From the NCBI GenBank assembly GCA_016188775.1, contig JACPHC010000007.1:28097-92096 (forward strand): a stretch of 64,000 nt of DNA, written 5' to 3'. The DNA is from Parcubacteria group bacterium. Lineage in GTDB: Bacteria; Patescibacteriota; Minisyncoccia; JACPHC01. This document shows, piece by piece, positions 20,327 to 32,569 of the stretch (position 1 is its first letter; the number at the start of each line of letters is the position of its first letter). Under the pieces are notes generated by a model that saw only the letters and a list, made by a program, of their open reading frames with translations, had not been told where the DNA came from and did not search any database. The position numbers were made by a program, and so were the translations under genes.

Positions 20327-20728
20327 ATGCCAAAAGAAAAAAAATTATTTGTTTTAATAATAGACGATGATCCGTTTCTTTCCGAAATGTATTCCACTCG
20401 TTTTAAGCAAGATAAATTTGAAGCTGATGTCGCGGTCAACGGAGAAGAAGGATTTCAAAAAGCCAAGGAAAAAAAGCCGGATTTGATTTTGCTCGACGTG
20501 GTAATGCCGAAAATGGACGGTTTTGAAACCCTCAAAGCTCTGAAAGATAACATTGAAACAAAAGGCATTCCCGTTATTTTATTAACTAATTTGGGCCAGC
20601 GCGAAGATGTTGAAAAGGGATTGAAATTAGGCGCGGACGATTATGTTATCAAAGCCCATTTCACTCCGACTGAAGTTTTAAAAAGGGCGGAAAAGGTGTT
20701 AGAATCAAGAAAAAGTAAAAGTAAATAA
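20327..20728 (+). CDS. Stand-alone response regulator in the pil locus (PilH-like)
   Basis: DDD, LDVVMPKMDG, GADDYVIK. Confidence 0.9.
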   Translation: MPKEKKLFVLIIDDDPFLSEMYSTRFKQDKFEADVAVNGEEGFQKAKEKKPDLILLDVVMPKMDGFETLKALKDNIETKGIPVILLTNLGQREDVEKGLKLGADDYVIKAHFTPTEVLKRAEKVLESRKSKSK

Positions 20729-20732
20729 TAAA

Positions 20733-21800
20733 ATGAGTTATTTTGAAGAACTGGAAAAACTTTTAGAAGCGGTGGTTATTCAAAACGGTTCCGATATTCA
20801 TATTAGCGTCGGCCGTCATCCCACGCTTCGGGTGGACGGGGCTTTGATCCCTTTGATTAAAAAACCGATTTTAAACGGCGAAGACGCGTTGGGTTTAATT
20901 CAGGCTCTTCTTAACGAGGAGCAGTTTAATCGTTTTTTAAAAGAAAAAGAACTGGATTTTTCTTACAGTTTTCGCGACCGGGCGCGTTTTCGGGCTAATG
21001 TGTTTTTCCAGCGCGGCTTTGCCGGCGCGGCTTTGCGTTTGATACCGGCTAAAATTAAAACCATTGAAGAGCTTAATCTTCCGCCGGTTTTGCGCGAATT
21101 CGCCCGTTACAGTCAGGGATTTTTTTTGGTGGTCGGGCCGACCGGGCACGGCAAAACCACGACCTTGGCTGCCCTAGTCGACGAGATTAATCATCAAAGA
21201 GACGAACACATCATTACCATTGAAGATCCGATTGAATATCTTTTTTCCCAATCCCGTTCGATTATTAACCAGAGGGAAGTGGGCATTGACACTGCCAATT
21301 TTCATAAAGCTCTTCGTTCGATGTTTCGGGAAGATATTGACGTGGCCATGATAGGAGAGATGCGCGATCCGGAAACGATGTCCGCCGCGGTCACGGCGGC
21401 CGAGACCGGCCATTTGGTTTTTTCCACTTTACACACCAACAGCGCCACCCAGACTATTGATCGGATTATTGATTCTTTTCCGTCCTCCCAGCAATCGCAA
21501 ATTCGCATTCAGCTGGCTTCGTCTTTAATCGGCATTGTTTCCCAGCGTTTGATTCCCCGAATTTCCGGCGGCTTGATTCCGGCCGTGGAGGTGATGATCG
21601 CCAATTCCGCCATCAGAAATTTAATTCGGGAAAATAAAACTCATCAATTAGATTTGGTGATTGACACGTCTTTTCAGGAAGGAATGGTATCTCTTAATCG
21701 ATCTTTGGCTGATTTGACGCGCCGGAAAGAAATCTCCTTAGAAAACGCGATGATTTATTCCACCAATCCGTCGGAATTAAGATTGCTTTTGAAAAAATAA
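20733..21800 (+). CDS. pilT: Pilus retraction ATPase PilT
   Basis: GPTGHGKTT, GEMRD, AIRNLIRE. Confidence 0.96.
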   Translation: MSYFEELEKLLEAVVIQNGSDIHISVGRHPTLRVDGALIPLIKKPILNGEDALGLIQALLNEEQFNRFLKEKELDFSYSFRDRARFRANVFFQRGFAGAALRLIPAKIKTIEELNLPPVLREFARYSQGFFLVVGPTGHGKTTTLAALVDEINHQRDEHIITIEDPIEYLFSQSRSIINQREVGIDTANFHKALRSMFREDIDVAMIGEMRDPETMSAAVTAAETGHLVFSTLHTNSATQTIDRIIDSFPSSQQSQIRIQLASSLIGIVSQRLIPRISGGLIPAVEVMIANSAIRNLIRENKTHQLDLVIDTSFQEGMVSLNRSLADLTRRKEISLENAMIYSTNPSELRLLLKK

Positions 21801-21805
21801 GTAAA

Positions 21806-23008
21806 ATGCTTTTTCATTACGAAGTTTTAACCAAGGAAGGAAAAAGAGAAGAGGGCGAAATTGAAGCGGCCAATCAAGACGTGGCGGTTGACCTTCTCCA
21901 TCAGCGGGGTTTTGTCATCGCCTCAATAAGCTCAAAGCAAGTTCCTTTTTATCTCCAGCGGCTTAAAATTTTTGAACGCATTTCCCAGAAAGAAGTAATG
22001 ATTTTTTCCAGGCAGCTGGCCACTCTTTTTGAAGCCAAAGTGCCTTTGGTTCAATCTCTTCATGCTTTGGCCGATCAGACGACTAATTTTTATTTTCGGG
22101 AAAGAATTCAAAAAATCGTTTCCGACATTGAAGGCGGGACGACTTTTTCCGAATCTCTTTCTCGCCATCCGGATATTTTCGGCCCTTTGTATTACAATAT
22201 GATTAAATCCGGCGAGGTGGCCGGCAAACTTCAAGAAGTTCTTTTATATTTAGCCGACAATATTGAGCGCGAATTCGATCTTAAGCGCAAGGTAATCTCC
22301 TCGTTAATTTATCCCGCTTTTGTTTTGACCGGTTTTTTCATCGTGGCCGCGATTATGATTGTCGTTATTGTTCCCAAAATCACCGGCGTGCTTTTGGAAT
22401 CCGGACAAGAGCTACCTTTCTCCACTTCTTTAATTTTGGGCGTTTCCACTTTTTTACGCTACGCCGGCCTTCCGCTTTTGATTCTTTTGATCGGCGGCGT
22501 TATTCTGCTTGTCAATTTGATTCAAGTTCCGCGTTTTAGAAAAATTTTTGACGCTTTTTTGATTGATGTTCCGATTTTGGGCGATCTTTTCAGAAAAATT
22601 TATTTAGCCCGTTTTGCCAACAGTCTTGGCACTTTAATGACCGGCGGTTTGCCAATTATTCAAGCGATGCAGATTTCGGCGGACGTGGTTGGCAATTCCG
22701 TTTACAAAGAAATAATTTTATCGGCAGGGGAAGCGGTCAGGGGAGGCCGGTTTATCAGCGCGGTTTTTGACGTCAGCCCGGAAATCCCGCCGTTGGTGAC
22801 TCAAATGATCGCGGTGGGAGAAAAAACCGGAAAACTTGATCAAATTTTAACCAGTTTGGCAAAATTTTACCGCCGGGAAGTTGACGCCGCCCTGGACGTT
22901 TTAGTCAGCTTGATCGAGCCGGTTTTGATTGTCATTTTGGGCATTGGCGTCGGTTTTCTGGTTGCGGCGGTTTTAGTTCCGGTGTATAATTTAGCTGGGG
23001 TTTTTTAA
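21806..23008 (+). CDS. pilC: Platform protein PilC/GspF
   Basis: FSRQLATL, GE..GKL twice, LIEP. Confidence 0.95.
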   Translation: MLFHYEVLTKEGKREEGEIEAANQDVAVDLLHQRGFVIASISSKQVPFYLQRLKIFERISQKEVMIFSRQLATLFEAKVPLVQSLHALADQTTNFYFRERIQKIVSDIEGGTTFSESLSRHPDIFGPLYYNMIKSGEVAGKLQEVLLYLADNIEREFDLKRKVISSLIYPAFVLTGFFIVAAIMIVVIVPKITGVLLESGQELPFSTSLILGVSTFLRYAGLPLLILLIGGVILLVNLIQVPRFRKIFDAFLIDVPILGDLFRKIYLARFANSLGTLMTGGLPIIQAMQISADVVGNSVYKEIILSAGEAVRGGRFISAVFDVSPEIPPLVTQMIAVGEKTGKLDQILTSLAKFYRREVDAALDVLVSLIEPVLIVILGIGVGFLVAAVLVPVYNLAGVF

Positions 23009-23079
23009 GTCTGTGGATAATTTAATAATTTTTGATTTCGGTAAAAAAGGTCGAGACATAAATTTATATTTGCTTTAAA

Positions 23080-23565
23080 ATGATAAAGAAAAATAAAGGT
23101 TTTACTTTAATTGAACTTTTGGTGGTAATCGCCATTATCGGTATTTTAGCCGGCATTGTTTTGGTTTCTCTGTCCACTGTCCGATCTCGAGGGCGGGATG
23201 CCAGACGGCAAGGAGACTTGGAATCGGTCAGGACCGCTTTGGAATTATATTTGGACGCCAATAACACGTATCCGGCTGGAAGCGGCACTACGCTCGCTGA
23301 CACCGCTAACGCGCTTCCCTCCGCTTTATCGCCGACTTATCTTGGCAAAATTCCGGGAAATCCTACGCCCTCCGGTACTCCTATATCCGCCTATCAATAT
23401 TTTGCGGGAACAGCTACTCCTCTTTCCACTTATCTGCTTAGGGTTAGCTTAGAAAATGGAAATTCTGCCGGTATTAATTCACTTCCTACTGGTTTTACTG
23501 CTGGCGGAACAGTAACTTGCGGTGATGGCTCATCAACAGATACAGTGCTTTGTTTCATTCCTTAA
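23080..23565 (+). CDS. Type IV pilin, probable major pilin
   Basis: KGFTLIELLVVIAIIGILA; C-terminal Cys pair; followed by a terminator. Confidence 0.9.
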   Translation: MIKKNKGFTLIELLVVIAIIGILAGIVLVSLSTVRSRGRDARRQGDLESVRTALELYLDANNTYPAGSGTTLADTANALPSALSPTYLGKIPGNPTPSGTPISAYQYFAGTATPLSTYLLRVSLENGNSAGINSLPTGFTAGGTVTCGDGSSTDTVLCFIP

Positions 23566-23593
23566 ACTGATAAAAATTAGACTGCTAGAAAAT

Positions 23594-23911
23594 GTCATTG
23601 CGAGCGACCGAAGAAAGCGAAGCAATCTAGCTTTCATAAACGAGATTGCCACGGCGTCTTCGACGTCTCGCGATGACAAAAAATAAGTTTTCGGATAGTT
23701 TCTGAAAATTTTAAAATTAAAATCCCCTTGATTAACATCAAAGGGATTTTAATTTTAAATCGTTTGAAAATTTAATTAACTGTCATTGCGAGGAGCGAAG
23801 CGACGAAGCAATCTCAATAATATTAGCTAAAATACGAGATTGCCACGCTCCTTTCAGTCTCTCGCAATGACGCATGGGATTGCTTCGGCGATTTTATCGC
23901 CTCGCAATGAC
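23594..23911. repeat. Cluster of GTCATTGCGAG...CTCGCAATGAC palindromic REP-like repeats
   Basis: Units at 23594-23677 and 23782-23911; same family as 52589-52998. Confidence 0.85.
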
Positions 23912-23980
23912 GATTGGCTTGCGGATTTTAGCCTAAGATATGATATTTTAATTTTAAACTCGTTAAGGTATAATAGAAAT

Positions 23981-24778
23981 ATGATTTTTTTTCTTTTTTT
24001 TATATTTGGTTTGGCAATCGGCAGTTTTTTAAACGTGGTGATCGCGCGTTTGGATACGAATCAGAGCATTGTGGGAGATCGGTCGCGATGCCCTCATTGC
24101 GATAAAATTCTTCGATGGTACGAATTGGCGCCTTTGATTAGTTTCATTGTCCAGAAAGGCCGGTGTCGAAATTGTCAAAAATCAATTTCATGTCATTATC
24201 CCGTAGTTGAAATATCCACGGGGTCGCTGTTTCTTTTAATTTTCAATCAATTTTCAATTTCTAATTTTTCAATTATTAATTTATTTTCTTTAATTTATTG
24301 GCTGTTTATTGCAAGTATTTTAATAATTATTTTTGTCTACGATTTTAAATATTACATTATTCCGGACAAAATTATCTGGCCCGCGATTTTGATAAGTTCG
24401 GGATTTAACGCCTTAAATTTGTTTTTGGTCCCGGATCCAAAATTTCAAATTTTTCATTTGATTTGGCACATTATTTTTTCTCAAATCGGCGCGATTTTCT
24501 TTTTGATTTTAATAATTATTTCCAAAGGAGAATGGATGGGTTTGGGTGATGTCAAATTGGCCGTTTTAATGGGGCTTATTTTGGGCTGGCCGAAAATTTT
24601 AGCCGCTTTATTTTTCAGTTTTATGATCGGTTCTTTTGTCAGCGTCATTTTAATGATTTTTAAAAGAAAAAACATAAAAGATCGGATTCCCTTCGGCCCG
24701 TTTTTAATTTTAGGGACGTTCATCGCCCTGTTTTTAGGGGATCAAGTTTTGAATTGGTATCTAAAATTCATTTTTTAG
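23981..24778 (+). CDS. pilD: Prepilin peptidase (start revised to ATG 23981)
   Basis: GSFLNV, CxxC pairs, D..Y.IIPD, MGLGDVKL, IPFGPF. Confidence 0.95.
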   Translation: MIFFLFFIFGLAIGSFLNVVIARLDTNQSIVGDRSRCPHCDKILRWYELAPLISFIVQKGRCRNCQKSISCHYPVVEISTGSLFLLIFNQFSISNFSIINLFSLIYWLFIASILIIIFVYDFKYYIIPDKIIWPAILISSGFNALNLFLVPDPKFQIFHLIWHIIFSQIGAIFFLILIIISKGEWMGLGDVKLAVLMGLILGWPKILAALFFSFMIGSFVSVILMIFKRKNIKDRIPFGPFLILGTFIALFLGDQVLNWYLKFIF

Positions 24779-24921
24779 ATATTTAAATAATAAATTTAAA
24801 TTTTTTACTAAACTTATTCTACGGCCGTTAAATAAGTTTAGTATCAATGATTTTTCCATCACGCTGTTAATTTTATCAAGAGATTTTAATCATTGTTGAA
24901 TCATTATTTTTTTTGTTATAA

Positions 24922-25515
24922 TTGGCTATGCTTTTTTTTGAGAAAAATGCCTGGTTTGTCCAGCGTTTTATAGAGAAAAAAGAAAGCGCGGGGTTTAGTC
25001 TTTTGGAACTTTTAATGTCAGCCGCGATTATTATGATTATTTCCGGCCTTGTGCTGGTTAATTTTAGAGTTGGTTTTGGAGAGCAAGCTCTGAATCGAGC
25101 AACGCAAAAATTAGTTTTGGATTTAAGAAAAACGCAAAATATGGCTCTGGCCGGAACAGAGATCTCCGGAACCACGCCTTGCGGTTTTGGCTTGGCAATT
25201 CCGGTTTCCGCGTCATTTCCGATTTCGGATTATCAGCTTTTTGCTTATTGGCCGGCTGTTTGTCCCGGTAATAGCCAAAAAAGCGCCGGAGATTCAACGA
25301 TTGAAAATTTGAAAATTTCGGAATCAGCCATTGAAATATCTTCTGCCGATTTTTCGAACGTGATTTTTTTTCCTCCGGAACCTAGAACAGCAATCAGAAA
25401 TTTGAGCGACACCGCCACTTTGTCTTCGGCTACTATTACCTTGCGGATAAAAAATAATCCTTCCAAAACTAAAATTATATTTATCAATGAAGCCGGTCAA
25501 ATTAGCATCCAATAA
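24922..25515 (+). CDS. Minor pilin (FimT/GspH-like)
   Basis: GFSLLELL; C-terminal INEAGQI. Confidence 0.8.
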   Translation: MAMLFFEKNAWFVQRFIEKKESAGFSLLELLMSAAIIMIISGLVLVNFRVGFGEQALNRATQKLVLDLRKTQNMALAGTEISGTTPCGFGLAIPVSASFPISDYQLFAYWPAVCPGNSQKSAGDSTIENLKISESAIEISSADFSNVIFFPPEPRTAIRNLSDTATLSSATITLRIKNNPSKTKIIFINEAGQISIQ

Positions 25516-26032
25516 GGGACTTGCCCGTCTAAATTTTTCTAAAAACTTAGACGGGTTCACGTTGCTTGAAACCATTGTCGCTCTCGGTGTTTTTACCATT
25601 GCGATTTCCGCAGCTTTGACCTTGGCTAATCAAAGCATTGAATCTTCCCGGGTGGCTAAAGCGCGGTTTATCGCTTCTTCTTTAGCTGAAGAAGGCATTG
25701 AAGGCGTGAGAAACAAACGCGACACGAATTGGTTGGCAAGCCTGACAGGGCCGGATATTGATTGGCGGACCGGCCTATCCGATGGCTCTTACGAACTTAA
25801 TGTTTCGGAGACTGGAATTAGTTTTGCCTCAAACGCCAATCGATTTTTAAAATTTGATTCCGCCACAGGTTTGTACAATTACGCCGGCTCTGGTTCAACC
25901 GCCTATCAGAGAAAAATTGACATTTCAACGGTTAGCGCGGATGAAATGAAAGTCATTTCCACTATCACTTGGCGGTTAAAATCAAAAAATTACAGTTTTG
26001 TTGTTGAAGAACATTTATTTAATTGGAAGTAA
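25487..26032 (+). CDS. Minor pilin (PilV-like)
   Basis: GFTLLETIVA; LAEEGIE. Confidence 0.8.
   Translation: MKPVKLASNKGLARLNFSKNLDGFTLLETIVALGVFTIAISAALTLANQSIESSRVAKARFIASSLAEEGIEGVRNKRDTNWLASLTGPDIDWRTGLSDGSYELNVSETGISFASNANRFLKFDSATGLYNYAGSGSTAYQRKIDISTVSADEMKVISTITWRLKSKNYSFVVEEHLFNWK
25524..25555. mobile_element. 32-bp CCCGT..ACGGG mini element in a prepilin leader
   Basis: CCCGTCTAA..TTAGACGGG; in-frame 36-bp insert between NKG and FTLLE. Confidence 0.6.
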
Positions 26033-26129
26033 TTTATGATTTTTTTTGAATAAGCGAAGGAAAGCGGATTTTTAAAATAAGCAATATGCTAAGCAGTCTT
26101 TATTCAGTTGATGCATAAAAAAATAAATT

Positions 26130-26681
26130 ATGATTGACAATTTAAAATTTAAAAATAAAGAATCAGGATTTTCTTTGATGGAAATGATTGTCGCTATCGG
26201 CGTTTTTCTGATCATTTTTTCAATAATTATCGGCATTTTTATTTCCGCGAGCCGCGTTCAGCGCAAGACTTTGGGCTTAATAAGTATTATTAACGATTCG
26301 CGTTTTGTTTTCGAGCGAATGGGCAAAGAAATGAGGACCGGAAAAACTTTTCAGTTTCCGACCGGCGCTTTAAACGGCTCAAACAAAATTTGTTTCACTA
26401 ACGACAAAGGCATTCAAGTTGTTTATCAATTAAACGCGACTTCGATTGCTCGATACGAAGGAGTTTGCGATAGCGTTTTGCCGGCCAATTCGAAAATTAC
26501 CAGCCAGAACGTTGAAATAACATATTTAAAGTTTTATCTTTCAGGCGAAACTGCCCCGCCGGATACCAATCAGCCTCGGATAACCATAACCGCGGGATTA
26601 AAGTCATCTGGCATTCCCGCAACCGAAAGCAGTACTATCAATATTGAAAAAACGATTTCTCCCATTCCATTAAACGCTTAA
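26130..26681 (+). CDS. Minor pilin (PilW-like)
   Basis: GFSLMEMIVA; QPRITI. Confidence 0.8.
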   Translation: MIDNLKFKNKESGFSLMEMIVAIGVFLIIFSIIIGIFISASRVQRKTLGLISIINDSRFVFERMGKEMRTGKTFQFPTGALNGSNKICFTNDKGIQVVYQLNATSIARYEGVCDSVLPANSKITSQNVEITYLKFYLSGETAPPDTNQPRITITAGLKSSGIPATESSTINIEKTISPIPLNA

Positions 26682-26682
26682 A

Positions 26683-29168
<2,486 letters not shown>

Positions 29169-29300
29169 TTAAAGTAGCGAAGTCCCGTGCCAAGCTTTAC
29201 TTTGGCGCGTGGATGAAAAAGCCAAGCGGCTTAATGTCAAAATAATCAGAGAAAAAGAATTGCTGAATTTATTAAAAAATTAAATCGTATAAAAAAATTT

Positions 29301-29594
29301 ATGTTTTATGTCAGTCGTGTCGCGAAATTAGTCCGGATCGGATTTTCAAAAGAAGAAGAAAAGCGATTTTCCAAAGAATTGGAAGCGATTTTGGAATTTG
29401 TCAGTCAACTTCAGAAAGTTAACACCGATAACATTGAACCGATCAGTCACATTACCGGTTTAGTTAATGTGACGCGCGAAGATTGGCCGAAAGAAAAAGA
29501 ATTCAGAGAGGAAGACGCGAAAAGAGCGGATAAAATGTTGAAAATAGCGCCGGAAACAAAAAATAATTATGTTAAAGTAAAAGCGATTTTATAA
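29301..29594 (+). CDS. gatC: Asp/Glu-tRNA amidotransferase subunit C
   Basis: VAKL.RI, VNTDNIEP, RED, VKAIL. Confidence 0.9.
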   Translation: MFYVSRVAKLVRIGFSKEEEKRFSKELEAILEFVSQLQKVNTDNIEPISHITGLVNVTREDWPKEKEFREEDAKRADKMLKIAPETKNNYVKVKAIL

Positions 29595-29619
29595 TTTTTT
29601 AAGAAAACTAATTTTGTTC

Positions 29620-29697
29620 TATGGCTGGCGGAGGAGGTTTTTGCCACCTCACTGCTCCGCATGAGGATTCCGTCAAAAACCTCCTCCGCCAGCCATA
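29620..29697. repeat. 24-bp perfect inverted repeat (MITE-like hairpin)
   Basis: TATGGCTGGCGGAGGAGGTTTTTG ... CAAAAACCTCCTCCGCCAGCCATA. Confidence 0.85.
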
Positions 29698-29722
29698 AAT
29701 GGAATGAATTTTGGATTTTTTT

Positions 29723-31129
29723 ATGGAATTTGATCAATTCACAATTAAGCAATTACATGAAGGACTGGTTAAAAAAGAATTTTCTTCCACTGAATTAACC
29801 AGCGATTTTTTAAATCGCATTCGTGAAAAGGACAAGGCAATTCACGCGTTTTTAAGTTTGAATTCCGAAGAAGCGATTGGGCAGGCGGAGAAAGTTGATG
29901 AAATGATCTCTCAAGGAGAAAAAATTGACGTTTTATCCGGCATTCCTTGCGCGGTCAAAGACAATATTTTAGTCGAGAATTTGCCGGCCACAGCCGGATC
30001 AAAAATTTTGGAAAATTACATAGCGCCTTACGATGCCACGGCGATTAAAAAATTAAAAGAAAAAAAATCGATATTTTTGGGAAAAACGAATTTGGACGAA
30101 TTTGCCATGGGTTCTTCCACGGAAAATTCCGCTTTTGGGCCTACGAAAAATCCGGTTGATTTGAATCGGGTCCCGGGCGGATCTTCCGGCGGTTCAGCCG
30201 CGGCCGTTAAGGCCGGAATGTGCGCGTTTGCTTTGGGGTCGGATACCGGCGGTTCAATCCGCCAGCCGGCTTCGTTTTGCGGCGTAGTGGGGCTTAAGCC
30301 GACTTACGGCGCGGTTTCCCGTTACGGTCTTATGGCTATGGCTTCTTCTTTAGATCAAATTGGGCCGATTACCAAAACCGTTGAAGACGCGGAAATAGTT
30401 TTTGACGCCATGGCCGGTTATGATCTTCTAGATTCCACCAGCGTTAAATTTCCAATTCCAGATTTAAGGTTTAAGATTCAAGGACTGCGAATCGGCATTC
30501 CCAAAGAATATTTTCAAAAAGGATTAGATCCGAAAGTGGACGAGGCCATTAAAAAAGCCATTAAACAATTTGAAGATTTAGGAGCCAGTATCGAAGAAAT
30601 AAGTTTGCCGCATACGTCCGACGCTCTCGCGTCTTATTATTTAATTATGCCCTCCGAAGTTTCAGCTAATCTTGCCAGGTACGACGGCATTAAATACGGC
30701 CTTTCAAAAGAAGGCGATGATTTGATATCGGTTTATTTAAATACCAGAAAAGAAGGTCTTGGCCAAGAAGTCAGAAGGAGAGTGATGTTGGGCGCTTACG
30801 CTTTATCGGCCGGCTATTACGACGCTTTTTATCTTAAAGCCCAAAAAGTTCGCGCGCTGATCAAACAAGATTTTGAAAAAGCTTTTTCCAAGGTTGATCT
30901 TTTACTGACGCCGACCAGTCCTCAAACCGCTTTTAAATTCGGCGAAAAAACAGCTGATCCGCTGGCAATGTATCTGGCCGATATTTACACCGTGCCGGTT
31001 AATTTGGCGGGTCTGCCGGCCATTTCAATTCCAGTTGAGCCGGTTGGCGGTTTACCAATCGGCCTTCAAATCATCGGCCGCTGGTTCGAAGAAAAATTAA
31101 TTTTAAAAGCGGCTCAAGAGTTAAAATAA
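29723..31129 (+). CDS. gatA: Asp/Glu-tRNA amidotransferase subunit A
   Basis: KDN, GGSSGGS, GSDTGGSIRQP amidase signature. Confidence 0.97.
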   Translation: MEFDQFTIKQLHEGLVKKEFSSTELTSDFLNRIREKDKAIHAFLSLNSEEAIGQAEKVDEMISQGEKIDVLSGIPCAVKDNILVENLPATAGSKILENYIAPYDATAIKKLKEKKSIFLGKTNLDEFAMGSSTENSAFGPTKNPVDLNRVPGGSSGGSAAAVKAGMCAFALGSDTGGSIRQPASFCGVVGLKPTYGAVSRYGLMAMASSLDQIGPITKTVEDAEIVFDAMAGYDLLDSTSVKFPIPDLRFKIQGLRIGIPKEYFQKGLDPKVDEAIKKAIKQFEDLGASIEEISLPHTSDALASYYLIMPSEVSANLARYDGIKYGLSKEGDDLISVYLNTRKEGLGQEVRRRVMLGAYALSAGYYDAFYLKAQKVRALIKQDFEKAFSKVDLLLTPTSPQTAFKFGEKTADPLAMYLADIYTVPVNLAGLPAISIPVEPVGGLPIGLQIIGRWFEEKLILKAAQELK

Positions 31130-31130
31130 T

Positions 31131-31694
31131 ATGTCTCCGTTTCAAGCGCAAATGAGCAACGTTGCCTTAGACCTTTTTTTGCAAGTTTGGGACGATTTTT
31201 TGTTTTATTTATCGTCTTCGTTGGGAGATCAAATTTTATTTGCTTTTAAACTTATCGCCCTGATTATTTCTTTATTGCTTGGCGCGGCCATAGCTTATTT
31301 ATTAATTCAGATAAATCCGGTTGGCAAAAAAATTTCCGACCTGAAAGAAATTTTGCGAAGATCGTCTTTGGAAAAAGGCCGGGTTATCAAGGGCTGGAAA
31401 AAGATAATGGAAAGAATGAGTCAGCCGAACGAAGCGGATTATAAATTGGCGATCATAGAAGCGGACAAACTTTTTGACAATTTGCTTTTGGAAATCGGAT
31501 ACAAAGGAGAGACAATGGCGGAGAAACTGAAAAAAATAAACAAGGCCCAGCTTGCTTCGCTGGACGATCTTTGGCGGGCGCATAAGATAAGAAACGAGCT
31601 TGTCCATAATCCGGATTTTAAATTGGCGCGGCTTGAGGCCGAGGAGGCGATTAATATCTACAAAAAAGCCTTGGAGGAATTTGAAATTTTGTAA
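31131..31694 (+). CDS. Conserved hypothetical membrane protein
   Basis: TM; AIIEADKL..L..G..GET; AH.IRN.LVH motif. Confidence 0.6.
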   Translation: MSPFQAQMSNVALDLFLQVWDDFLFYLSSSLGDQILFAFKLIALIISLLLGAAIAYLLIQINPVGKKISDLKEILRRSSLEKGRVIKGWKKIMERMSQPNEADYKLAIIEADKLFDNLLLEIGYKGETMAEKLKKINKAQLASLDDLWRAHKIRNELVHNPDFKLARLEAEEAINIYKKALEEFEIL

Positions 31695-31721
31695 TAATTT
31701 AATACTTGTATAATATATTTA

Positions 31722-31757
31722 TTTAGCACTTACTTGCTATCGCTTATAAGTGCTATA
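31722..31757. repeat. 36-bp palindromic repeat, copy 2
   Basis: TTTAGCACTTACTTGCTATCGCTTATAAGTGCTATA. Confidence 0.85.
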
Positions 31758-31872
31758 TCTGTTTCTATCTCGTAAAATTATCAATGATTCGATCCATTGG
31801 TAAAAAATAAAATTGGACTAACTGAACTAACAAAAAATTTGCAAATTATCAAATTTTAAATTATAATTTTTT

Positions 31873-31943
31873 CGCGGGATAGAGAAGCAGTATCTCGGGA
31901 GGCTCATAACCTCCAGACCCCGGTGCAAGTCCGGGTCCCGCAA
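31873..31943 (+). tRNA. Initiator tRNA-fMet(CAT)
   Basis: C1:A72 mismatch, loop CTCATAA, stem GGAGG/CCTCC. Confidence 0.88.
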
Positions 31944-32016
31944 CATTACGATCCTTTCAGCTTGAATTTTTCAGTGACCACGGTGTCATCCCTTCGGGAG
32001 ATCGCCCGCAGGGCGA

Positions 32017-32036
32017 CAAGTCCGGGTCCCGCAACA
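32017..32036 (+). repeat. Direct repeat of the tRNA-fMet 3' end
   Basis: CAAGTCCGGGTCCCGCAACA identical to 31926-31945. Confidence 0.9.
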
Positions 32037-32101
32037 AATTTTTATCCAGTAAAATTTACAAGGTCGACACAGTGAAATTAATTTTAATTAAATTATAAAA
32101 T

Positions 32102-32569
32102 ATGTTTTTACTTTTACTTATTGGCCGAATTATTTTAGGCGGTTATTTTATAATGAACGGCGTTACGCATTTGTCCGGATTTAAAATGATCAAGCAATAC
32201 GCCGAGTATAAAAAACTCCCGATGCCGGGATTTGGCGTTGTTATTTCCGGCTTGGCTTGGCTTATCGGCGGACTGGCTATTTTGCTTGGCGTTTATATTC
32301 AGTTGGGCATTTGGCTTTTGATTATTTTTCTTCTTGGAGCCGCTTTTAAATTCCACGATTTCTGGAACGAGGCTGATTTTAACGTAAAAATGGCTCAACA
32401 GGCGCATTTTGCCAAAAATATCGCTTTGGCCGCCAGTCTTTTGGTTATTCTGGGACTATTGAAAATCAGCGGAGATAATTTGGCTATTCGCGGTTCAGGT
32501 TTAGTTTGTAAAGTTCGGCCGGGCCTTTGCCAGCCTGTTCCGACCGGTTGGAGAAAGTTTATTTACTAA
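32102..32569 (+). CDS. DoxX family membrane protein
   Basis: GRIILG..F..G..H, HDFW, F.KNIAL. Confidence 0.85.
   Translation: MFLLLLIGRIILGGYFIMNGVTHLSGFKMIKQYAEYKKLPMPGFGVVISGLAWLIGGLAILLGVYIQLGIWLLIIFLLGAAFKFHDFWNEADFNVKMAQQAHFAKNIALAASLLVILGLLKISGDNLAIRGSGLVCKVRPGLCQPVPTGWRKFIY

Noticed and set aside
23840-23980. N-terminal extension of prepilin peptidase
   Set aside because: Derived from REP-like repeats; a -10 box lies just before ATG 23981.
32501-32569. Convergent overlap of DoxX and murD
   Set aside because: A short tail overlap from stop-codon drift is common; no further signal.
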